A DNA stretch of 64,000 bases from Elusimicrobiota bacterium (GTDB lineage Bacteria > Elusimicrobiota > Elusimicrobia > UBA1565 > UBA9628). Within the stretch, counting starts at the first letter, position 1, and the number at the start of each line of letters is the position of its first letter. The stretch lies in NCBI GenBank assembly GCA_027452025.1, contig DAIDHI010000080.1:58-64057 (forward strand), written 5' to 3'. A program made the position numbers and the translations under genes. Of the stretch, positions 34,006-41,699 are shown one piece after another. The notes beneath the pieces were generated by a model. That model ran no database searches. It was not told the origin of the DNA and saw only the letters and a list, made by a program, of their open reading frames with translations.

Positions 34006-35943
34006 ATGCTCAGAATATTGGCAGCTCTCCTGCTCGCCTGCCCGGCCGCCGCCGGCCAACTCCAGCAGGCCCCGGGGCCAGTCGAAGTCCCCTCTTTGCC
34101 CGCCGCGCAGGCCGCCGTTTTCCCGCGGCTCGACGCCCCGGCCGCGGCCGCGTCGCCCCAGGCGACGGCTTCCCAGGCGCCTCAAGCGCCCGCCGCGGCC
34201 GAAGCGGCGGAGCCGGCGGCCGCTCCGGCGCCGGCAGCCTTCGAGGCCCGGCCCTCCTTCGCGCGCCGCCTGCTCTATTCCAACTTCGCCGCGCGGCGCA
34301 TGGCGGCGCGCCTGCTCGACCGAAACCTTGGCTCCGCCCTCGGCGACCGGCTGTCATCGGAGCCGGCGCTGGCCCCTCACGCGCGGTTTTGGAGCGACCA
34401 ATCCGTGCGCATCGAGCTCGTCCCGGCCAAGGCCCTCGGTGCCTCGACGCGCGCGGCGAGCTACTCCCACAACCGGCGAGTCGTCCGGATCAACCGCGAC
34501 CGGGCCGCGCGCTGGCTCTGCGAGATCGCCGCCCAGGGAGCCCCTTTCGCGCAAGGCATCGACGTCCTGACCGAGAAACTCTTGCCGCTGCTGGCCCACG
34601 AGTTGCGCCACGGAATCACCAAGACCCAATGGCAGCGCGCCCTGGGCCATCGCCTCCCGATCGAGGCGCGCGAAAACGAGGTCCTCTCCTTCGCCGACGA
34701 GCTGCGCGTCTGGCAGGGGCTCAAGGATCGGCCGTCGGCGAGCGCCGAGCTCAGCCACCTCGACGAGCATCACCGGATCGTCGCCTCCTACTGGGCGCGG
34801 GACGGCTGGGCCGGTCTGGACTCGATCATCGACCAGGTGTATCGCCAGCCCGCCTTGCTCGGAGACCGGCAGGCCGTGCACGACGCCGCGCTCGCGGCCG
34901 CGGTCCGGACGCTCGGCGGCTCCGAGATCTCCGGCCTCCCCCAGACGCTCGCCGCGGCCTCCGGCGACGAGTCTTGGAGCCGCTTTCAGGAAGGCTTCCG
35001 CCCGCTCTATGAGGAGCAAAAGCGGGCCGTGGCGCCGGCGCCCGAGGAGACGCATCCGGCCTCGGCCATCGTCGCCGCGCTCAAGGCGACGGCGCTCAGG
35101 CGCCTGGCCTTCCGGCCTTGGGTCGTTCATCGCCTTCTGCCGCGCCTGCTCGGCGGCGCCGTGGTCAAGACCATGACCGCGGAGCTCGCGCGTCTCGCCT
35201 CGACCGGAGAGGAGGCCGCGTATCTGGCGCGCCAAGGTCCGGCGATCAAGCTCGACGGCGCTCCGCGCCTCGACGCGCACGACATGGCGCTCTACGACCG
35301 GGGCGCGCGCGACACGATCTATCTCAACCGCGACCGGCTGGGCGTCTGGCTGGCCTACCGTCTCATCGAGGGAGACTCGCCCAGGCAAGCCGCGCGCACG
35401 GTCGGCCTGAAGTTCCTTCCCACTCTCGCACACGAAGTGCGTCACGCGATCACCGACGGCCAATGGCTCGAGCGTTTGGGGTTCACCTTCATGGGCGGCA
35501 ACATCGAGACGGAGATGATCTCCCACGCGCAGACCGTCCGGGTCATCGGCGAGGTCAGGGCCAGGCACGAAAAGGAGCTTTCCTCGCGCCCGATCCCCGG
35601 ACTCGACGACCACCACGACGAGCTGCTCGAGCTTTGGCGGCAGGGCGGCTGGAGCGCCCTGGGCGCCTACGTGCGCCGCGAATACGAGACGCGCGTCTCC
35701 ATCCTCCGGACGGAGCGCGGCGAGCTCCACAACGTCATGAGCGCCATCGGCCTCGTCACCGCCGTGGGCATGTCCCAGGAAAAGGACGCCGCCGCGGCGA
35801 TGCGCGCCGTCTACGGCGACTTCCGCGCGTTTTTCTCCCAGCTCGACGACGCGGCCTCCTGGGAGGCCTTCCGCGGCCGCTTTTCCGGCGTCTACGCGCG
35901 CCAACTGCGCGCCGTCAGCCCCCGCCTTCCTTCCGCCCGCTGA
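34006..35943 (+). CDS. secreted protein with internally duplicated HExRH-containing domain
   Basis: Signal peptide MLRILAALLLACPAAAG, Ala/Pro-rich linker. Two repeats each containing LAHE(L/V)RH(G/A)IT..QW. Confidence 0.5.
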   Translation: MLRILAALLLACPAAAGQLQQAPGPVEVPSLPAAQAAVFPRLDAPAAAASPQATASQAPQAPAAAEAAEPAAAPAPAAFEARPSFARRLLYSNFAARRMAARLLDRNLGSALGDRLSSEPALAPHARFWSDQSVRIELVPAKALGASTRAASYSHNRRVVRINRDRAARWLCEIAAQGAPFAQGIDVLTEKLLPLLAHELRHGITKTQWQRALGHRLPIEARENEVLSFADELRVWQGLKDRPSASAELSHLDEHHRIVASYWARDGWAGLDSIIDQVYRQPALLGDRQAVHDAALAAAVRTLGGSEISGLPQTLAAASGDESWSRFQEGFRPLYEEQKRAVAPAPEETHPASAIVAALKATALRRLAFRPWVVHRLLPRLLGGAVVKTMTAELARLASTGEEAAYLARQGPAIKLDGAPRLDAHDMALYDRGARDTIYLNRDRLGVWLAYRLIEGDSPRQAARTVGLKFLPTLAHEVRHAITDGQWLERLGFTFMGGNIETEMISHAQTVRVIGEVRARHEKELSSRPIPGLDDHHDELLELWRQGGWSALGAYVRREYETRVSILRTERGELHNVMSAIGLVTAVGMSQEKDAAAAMRAVYGDFRAFFSQLDDAASWEAFRGRFSGVYARQLRAVSPRLPSAR

Positions 35944-36011
35944 GGGAACTTTTTTACCCCCTCGTTCGTATACCTAGGGTCGAGACCTTCGACAAGGAGG
36001 AGGAAGAAGCC

Positions 36012-36371
36012 ATGAAACGGACACGTTGGGCGTTGACGTTGGGCCTGCTGCTCGCCACCGCGGCGGCGACGCAGGCCAAGGGCCGCAAGGCGGATCAGGC
36101 TCTGCCGGACTCGGCGTTCGCGTCGATCGAGCAGGGGCCGCAGGGCCAGAAGATCCGGCGCCTGCCCTACCGCGACTCGTCGGGCGTGGTCGACCCCAAG
36201 CGCCTGCGCGCCGCGCTGCGCATGTGGAAGCGCGTCAAATGGCAGGACCCCACGGATGCGCAGCCGGCGCTGGCCCTGCTCACGCAGGCCAAGCAGCGGC
36301 TGTGCCAAGAGGGCAAGATGAAGTGCGGCAAGGGCCGCAAGAAGGGCAAGCCCAAGAAAGCCAAGGTCTGA
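36012..36371 (+). CDS. small secreted basic protein
   Basis: Strong SD aaggaggagg upstream of ATG. Signal peptide MKRTRWALTLGLLLATAAATQA. Lys-rich C-terminus. Confidence 0.5.
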   Translation: MKRTRWALTLGLLLATAAATQAKGRKADQALPDSAFASIEQGPQGQKIRRLPYRDSSGVVDPKRLRAALRMWKRVKWQDPTDAQPALALLTQAKQRLCQEGKMKCGKGRKKGKPKKAKV

Positions 36372-36389
36372 GACGGCCGCGAAAGCGGC

Positions 36390-36426
36390 GCGGCCTCTCC
36401 GCTCGCGCGGAGAGGCCGCTCATTTT
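36390..36426 (+). terminator. rho-independent terminator hairpin (shared region with the 3' end of antisense RNase P RNA)
   Basis: GCGGCCTCTCCGC-tcgc-GCGGAGAGGCCGC followed by TCATTTT. Confidence 0.6.
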
Positions 36427-36799
36427 AGGGAGAGCCTGTACCCCGAATTCTGTTCCCCCCTCGCGGAGGGCGAGGATCATTTCTCTGATGCGGCTACCGA
36501 GGAGCCGCCCCGCCTCTCGGCGGGACCGCGCGGGCCGCGCGAGCTCCCACACTGCCTTGCTCCGGACGGGGTTTGCCGTGACGCCGTCCCTCGCGGGACG
36601 GCCGGTGGGCTCTTGCCCCACCTTTTCACCCTTGCACTCCGCACGGTCTGCGGAGTGCGGTTGTTCTCTGTGGCACTTTCCGTCGGCGAAGCGTATGGTC
36701 TTCGCCTCCCCGCCTTTCGACGGGCGTCCTGCCCTGCGGAGTTCGGAAGTTCCTCCCCCCGCGACGCGTCGCGGAAGGCGATCCCCCGGCTCTCCCTAA
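36424..36799 (-). ncRNA. rnpB: RNase P RNA (bacterial type A)
   Basis: Minus-strand sequence has the P1 pairing AGGGAGAGCC / GGCUCUCCCU. It has GGAGGAACUUCCGAACUCCGCAGGGCAGG (P4/P5 region), GGAAAGUGCCACAGAGAACAACCG, AAGGGUGAAAAGGUGGGGCAAGAGCCCACC, CCGUCCGGAGCAAGG and ACAGAAUUCGGGGUA. These are collinear with E. coli M1 RNA conserved regions. Confidence 0.85.
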
Positions 36800-36802
36800 A
36801 TC

Positions 36803-37540
36803 TTACGCCGCCGGAGCCGAGGCCTTGGCCAGGATCTCGGGGCGATAGAGGATGCGCTGGCAGCTCTCGCAGGTGACCAGGCTTTTGAGCTTGGTCGCCT
36901 CGACGATGACCTGGGGCGCCAGATTGATGCGGCAGGCGCTGCAGATCGCGGCCTCGATGGGCACCACGGCGTCCGGCTTGCCGCGGGAGCGGATGTGATC
37001 GTAGACGCGCATGGCCTGCGGAGGGATCGGAGCCGCGTCTTGGTCGCGCACGGCCTTGGCGGCGTCGTATTCCGCCTGGGCCTGCTTGAGGCGCCCCTCG
37101 TGGGCGGCGATCTCGGCCTCGAACTTCTTGGCCTCGGCGGCCACCTCGGCGGCGGCGGCCTTTTCGTCCTTGCGCGCCCCGTCGATCTGCTCCATCAGCA
37201 TCAAGATCTCGGTCTCGATCTCGCCGGCCGCCTGCTTGGCGAATCCGATCTCGGTCTGGAGAGCCTTGAAAGCCTCGTTGGTCTTGACCGTGTTGAGCTC
37301 GGCGCCGTGCTTCTTGGCCTGCTCTTCCTTCTGGGCGAGTTCGAGCTCCTTTTCCTTCTTCTTCTTTTCCAGGGCGATCGTCCTGGCCTTGGTCTCGCCG
37401 GCCCTGGCCTTCTCGGCCTCGAGCTGCGCCTTGAGATTGGCGATCATGACGGGAATCTTGTCCAGGACGGCCTTGAGCTTGTCGAGCGCGAAATCCTGCT
37501 TCTGGAGCTCGATAAGTTTAAGCAAGCTCTCCTTGTTCAT
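36803..37540 (-). CDS. zinc-ribbon / coiled-coil protein (COG1579-like)
   Basis: Long coiled-coil region. C-terminal CSAC...CESCQ zinc ribbon. Confidence 0.7.
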   Translation of the reverse strand: MNKESLLKLIELQKQDFALDKLKAVLDKIPVMIANLKAQLEAEKARAGETKARTIALEKKKKEKELELAQKEEQAKKHGAELNTVKTNEAFKALQTEIGFAKQAAGEIETEILMLMEQIDGARKDEKAAAAEVAAEAKKFEAEIAAHEGRLKQAQAEYDAAKAVRDQDAAPIPPQAMRVYDHIRSRGKPDAVVPIEAAICSACRINLAPQVIVEATKLKSLVTCESCQRILYRPEILAKASAPAA

Positions 37541-37565
37541 CGTTTTATTATACTATAGAAACGTC

Positions 37566-38084
37566 ATGGCGGCCTCAAAAGTCGTTTTGCTCGTCGGCCA
37601 CGGGGGAATCCCCAAGGATTGCCCGCCGCAGCTCGTCTCCGAGTTCAAGCGCGAGGAGGCCCGGGCGGCCGGAAAGCCCTCCGCGCGCCTCCTCGAGCTC
37701 GACGCCCGCCTGCGCCAATGGCCCCGGACGCCGGAAAACGACCCCTATAAGCCCGGCTTGGAGGCCGTGGCGGCCTCCCTCGCCGCGGCCCTGCCGGAGC
37801 ACGACGTCGTCACCGCCTACAACGAATTCTGCGCGCCAAGCCTCGAGCAGGCCTTCGACGAGGCCGTGGCGGGCGGCGCCCGCCAGATCATTGTGATCAC
37901 CACCATGTACACGCGCGGGGGCATCCACAGCGAAAAGGAAATCCCAGCGATCCTGGAGGGCCTGCGCCGGCGCCATCCGGGAGTCGAGGCCCGCTACGTC
38001 TGGCCCTTCGATGCCGCGGCGATCGGGGAGTTCCTGGCCCGGGAAGTGCGCCGTACCGAGACGGACGCGCCGGCCCCGGCATGA
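37566..38084 (+). CDS. sirohydrochlorin chelatase CbiX-like
   Basis: VVLLVGHGGIPKD and second-half His region typical of small CbiX/SirB chelatases. Only the last 173 codons of the long track ORF are used. Confidence 0.65.
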   Translation: MAASKVVLLVGHGGIPKDCPPQLVSEFKREEARAAGKPSARLLELDARLRQWPRTPENDPYKPGLEAVAASLAAALPEHDVVTAYNEFCAPSLEQAFDEAVAGGARQIIVITTMYTRGGIHSEKEIPAILEGLRRRHPGVEARYVWPFDAAAIGEFLAREVRRTETDAPAPA

Positions 38085-39865
38085 AGCTCTGGCTGACCTT
38101 GGCCGCGCTCCTGGCAGCCGCGACGCCCGCGCAAGCTTTCTTCTCCCACGCCCGAAAGGCCGCTTCCCCGCCGGCCGCGCCCGCGCCGCCGCCCGAACCC
38201 CTCGATCCGCTGACGACGGCCGAGATCGACGGCGCGGCGCAGGCGCTGCGCGACTCGCGGCTTTTCAGCGATTCCGCCGTCTACCTTTCCATCGCCCTCC
38301 AGGAGCCGTCCAAAGACGAGCCGGGCGCGGGCAAAAGGCTCGCCGCCGCCGTCATCTATGACCGCGCGCGCCGCGAGACCTCGGAGGCCGTCGTCGACGT
38401 CGCCAACCGCAAGCTCGAGTCGTGGCGCCTGGTCCCCGGCATAGAGCCCGGGCTTTCCGACGAGGAGCTCTCGCGGGCGCGGAAACTGGCGTTGTCCGAC
38501 TCCCGCTTCAAGGCGGCGATGGCGGCGCGCGGCCGCAAGACCTGGGACGATCTCGAGGTCGACGGCTGGTCGCCCGGGCCGCTCGACGCGGCGCGCAACT
38601 CGCCGCACCGGGTGGCGCGTCTGGACTTCTACGTGCCCGCGGCGCGCGGCCGCGTCCTCATCGACGGGCTGCAGGCGCTGGCCGACCTGACCGAGGGCAC
38701 GGTCGTCGAGCTGCTCGACGCCGGCGGGCCGCCTCTGCCGCCGCCGGCCCAGGCCCAGGCCCCGGCCCCCGCGCCGCCGCCGCAGCCGGCCAAGAAGAAG
38801 AAAAAACGGGAGGAAGCCCCCGCGCCTGCGGCGCCCTCCTACCCGTTCGAGGTCGCCGGCCACGAACTGCGCTGGCGAGGATGGACGCTGCGCTACGCGC
38901 TGACGCCGCGCGAAGGGCTCGTCCTCTACGAGGTCTCGCGCGACGGCCGGGGGATCGCCGACCGGGCGAGCCTTTCCGAGACGTTCGTCGTCTACGGCGA
39001 CGCGCGGCCGCAGTGGGCCGACCGCTCGGTTTTCCAGGAAGGCGAGCGCGGCCTGGGCCTGCGCGATATCCCGCTCGATCCCGCCCTGGACGCTCCCTCG
39101 CAAGCCGCCTTTTTCGACGAACCGGGCCCGGGGCCGGACGGCCGGGGCCGGATGCTGACGCGCGCCGTCGCCGTCTTCGAGCGAGACGCCGGCCGCGGAG
39201 CCGTCCGCCGCCTCAAGGAGCTCGTCCTCGAATCCAAGGCGCAGGCCGGACCCGAGACCTACGTCACGCGCTGGACCCTGGGCGACGACGGCGAGCTCGA
39301 CGCCGGCGTCGACGTCTCGCAAGACGACCCGGAGGCGCCGCCGCACCAGCATTTCTTCAATTTCAGGGTGGATTTCGACGTCGACGGCAGCACCGACTCG
39401 GTGGCCGAGCTGGAGGCCGCGCCCGGACGGATGACCCTGCTGTCGACGCCCCTGGAAAACCGCTCCCAGGCCCGTCGCGACGTCGACGAGGCGGCGGGCC
39501 GCCGGTGGCTCGTGACGGCGTCCTCCCCCTCGGCCGACGCCTCCCGAGGCTACCTGATCATCCCGGAGGGCAACGCGGCGCCGCTTTCGCCCGCCTTCTC
39601 GCCCGCGCGCCGCGCCGCGCCCTTCATCGGTCACCAGCTTTGGATCACGGCCTACCGCCCCGACGAGCTTTACGCGGCCGGAGAGTTCCCGGGCCGCCGC
39701 GCGCGCGCCGGAGGCGTCGAGCGCTGGACCCAGCGCGACGAGCCGATCCGCGACGCAGACCTCGTCGTCTGGTACACGCTGGGAGCCACGCATCTGCCCA
39801 GGGCCGACGGCTCCGCCCGCCGCCCGCTTTCCTGCCGCCTGCGCCTGGTCCCCGCCGGGCGCTAG
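38081..39865 (+). CDS. copper amine oxidase-like secreted protein (TPQ consensus absent)
   Basis: HQHFFNFRVDFDVDG matches the CuAO copper-His / RLDxDVDG signature. No T-x-x-N-Y-(D/E)-Y topaquinone motif at the expected position. Poly-Lys/Pro low-complexity insert. Confidence 0.5.
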   Translation: MKLWLTLAALLAAATPAQAFFSHARKAASPPAAPAPPPEPLDPLTTAEIDGAAQALRDSRLFSDSAVYLSIALQEPSKDEPGAGKRLAAAVIYDRARRETSEAVVDVANRKLESWRLVPGIEPGLSDEELSRARKLALSDSRFKAAMAARGRKTWDDLEVDGWSPGPLDAARNSPHRVARLDFYVPAARGRVLIDGLQALADLTEGTVVELLDAGGPPLPPPAQAQAPAPAPPPQPAKKKKKREEAPAPAAPSYPFEVAGHELRWRGWTLRYALTPREGLVLYEVSRDGRGIADRASLSETFVVYGDARPQWADRSVFQEGERGLGLRDIPLDPALDAPSQAAFFDEPGPGPDGRGRMLTRAVAVFERDAGRGAVRRLKELVLESKAQAGPETYVTRWTLGDDGELDAGVDVSQDDPEAPPHQHFFNFRVDFDVDGSTDSVAELEAAPGRMTLLSTPLENRSQARRDVDEAAGRRWLVTASSPSADASRGYLIIPEGNAAPLSPAFSPARRAAPFIGHQLWITAYRPDELYAAGEFPGRRARAGGVERWTQRDEPIRDADLVVWYTLGATHLPRADGSARRPLSCRLRLVPAGR

Positions 39866-39938
39866 TCATCCGGGCGTCCCGACCTTTTGACGCGGCCGCC
39901 ATGGCCGCTCCTATGGCGCGCCGATATGATGAGGCGCC

Positions 39939-41699
39939 ATGTCCCGACGCCGCCGCGCCCCGCTCCTGCTGGCCGCCGCGCTGCTGGGGGCGGGGCCGGC
40001 GTCGGCGAGGACGTCGAGCAGGGCTGCCGCGGTCGAGCAGCTGTGCCCCCGCATCCGCTTCGTAGGCCCGGCGATCGACCTCGACGACGTCGAGAAGCGC
40101 CTGGTCTGCGGAGATCCGAGCCGCCCGGCCTGGAGCCGCATCCCGCTCAACCAGGCCGAGCAGTTCATGCGCGCGTTCCTGCAGAGGCGCGGGCGCAATT
40201 TCCCGACCTTCAAGGCCGTCGACGACACCCTGGAGGTGCGCATCGGGACGCCGACCTACGTGACGAAGATGACGACCACGGGACTGGAGGGCATTTTGGA
40301 CATGAGCAAGCGCCGCCACATCGTCGGCGAGCTCATGACCCCGGCGGAGCTCGACAAGTTCACCAGCGCCGTCAAGTTCGAGCTCCAGAGCCGCGGCTAC
40401 GCCTGCCCCAAGATCAGCGTGACCGGCGACGCCCGCACGGGCGAGGTGCACGCCTCAGTCGATCCCGGGCCGCGCTACACGATGAGCGACATCGCCACGC
40501 CGCCGCCTCCGGGCATCGACCCGGACATCTTCCGCCGCTATTGGGCCTTCGAGCCCAGCCAGCCATTCGACACGCGCCTGCTGTCTTTGACCTCCGACCG
40601 CATCCAGACCGACGCGCTCTTCCTGAGCGCCTATTACGAGGTCGCGTGCACGACCACGGGGCTGCACATCACCCAAAGGGTCGTCGAGGCTCCTCCGCGC
40701 GAGGTGCGCATCGGCGTGGGGGCCGACACCGAAGGCTATCTGCGCGGCCGCGCCGAGTGGAAGCATTCCCGGATAGGCTACCGCGCCAGCTCCATCGACG
40801 TCACGGCCTTCGACTCCTTCCTCGAACAGTCGGTCGACGGCAACATGAAGTACTACCTGCGGCCTTCCGACCGCATCTACCTGATGCCGCGGGTCTTCCT
40901 GCGGCGCGAGAGCTACACTCCCTACGAAGCCGCCCACTCCGAGGCCGCGATCCTGCCCAGCTGGACTTGGGACGGCACCGACCTCCACGTCGAGACGCGC
41001 GGCGGCCCGGGCATCGAATATTTCAACACCTTGCGCGGCGAGGGCCCGATCGACGACAAGTTCCTCAGCTTCGACACTCAGGCCAAGGTGATGTCGCACC
41101 TCTACGAATATTACGAGCGCGACCCGCGCGAAGGCTGGACGGCCTCGTTCCAATCCAAGTCCCGCGTCTCCGGAGCTTATTCCGACCTGACGGCGCACAT
41201 GATGCGCGTCGACGAGGAGGATCTCTGGAACCTCGGGCGCTACAGCCCGCCGCTGGCCGTCCTGGCGATCCGAGGCTTTGCCGGCACCACCTGGCTCTCC
41301 GACCCCTCTCTGGCCTTCACCAAGCTCCCGCCGAGCATGCGCTTCTTCATGGGCGGCGACGCTAATTTCCGCGGAGCCCCGCTCATGGAGCTGCCCAACG
41401 ACGCCGGCGGGTTTTTGACGGCCGTCTATCAAGGCGTCGAGCTGCGCGCGGGCGACCTCCTTCCCTACGGGCTGCAGCCGCTCGTCTTCATGGACGGCGC
41501 GATGGGAGGCGAGAGCGCCTTCCACCTCGACCCCGCCGTCTACTGGGCTCCGGGAGCGGGCCTGCGCTGGGCGCTGCCCTTCGGCTCCATGCGCGCCACG
41601 ATCGCGCGGGGCCTGACCTGGGCGCGAGGCCAGCAGACCCTGCCGACCTTGAATCTGCCTCGCTGGCAGTTCTTCTTCACGTTCGGACAGGAATTCTGA
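39939..41699 (+). CDS. Omp85-family outer-membrane protein (TamA-like)
   Basis: Signal peptide. POTRA-like N-terminal region. C-terminal beta-barrel ending FFFTFGQEF. Confidence 0.6.
   Translation: MSRRRRAPLLLAAALLGAGPASARTSSRAAAVEQLCPRIRFVGPAIDLDDVEKRLVCGDPSRPAWSRIPLNQAEQFMRAFLQRRGRNFPTFKAVDDTLEVRIGTPTYVTKMTTTGLEGILDMSKRRHIVGELMTPAELDKFTSAVKFELQSRGYACPKISVTGDARTGEVHASVDPGPRYTMSDIATPPPPGIDPDIFRRYWAFEPSQPFDTRLLSLTSDRIQTDALFLSAYYEVACTTTGLHITQRVVEAPPREVRIGVGADTEGYLRGRAEWKHSRIGYRASSIDVTAFDSFLEQSVDGNMKYYLRPSDRIYLMPRVFLRRESYTPYEAAHSEAAILPSWTWDGTDLHVETRGGPGIEYFNTLRGEGPIDDKFLSFDTQAKVMSHLYEYYERDPREGWTASFQSKSRVSGAYSDLTAHMMRVDEEDLWNLGRYSPPLAVLAIRGFAGTTWLSDPSLAFTKLPPSMRFFMGGDANFRGAPLMELPNDAGGFLTAVYQGVELRAGDLLPYGLQPLVFMDGAMGGESAFHLDPAVYWAPGAGLRWALPFGSMRATIARGLTWARGQQTLPTLNLPRWQFFFTFGQEF

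Noticed and set aside
36026-36799. Protein ORFs through 36.4-36.8 kb
   Set aside because: The region encodes RNase P RNA on the minus strand. The plus ORF is real only up to the small secreted protein stop at 36371.
37011-37565. N-terminal 185 codons of the 357-aa plus ORF preceding CbiX
   Set aside because: Ser/Ala-rich sequence antisense to the zinc-ribbon gene. A good start with CbiX signature begins at 37566.
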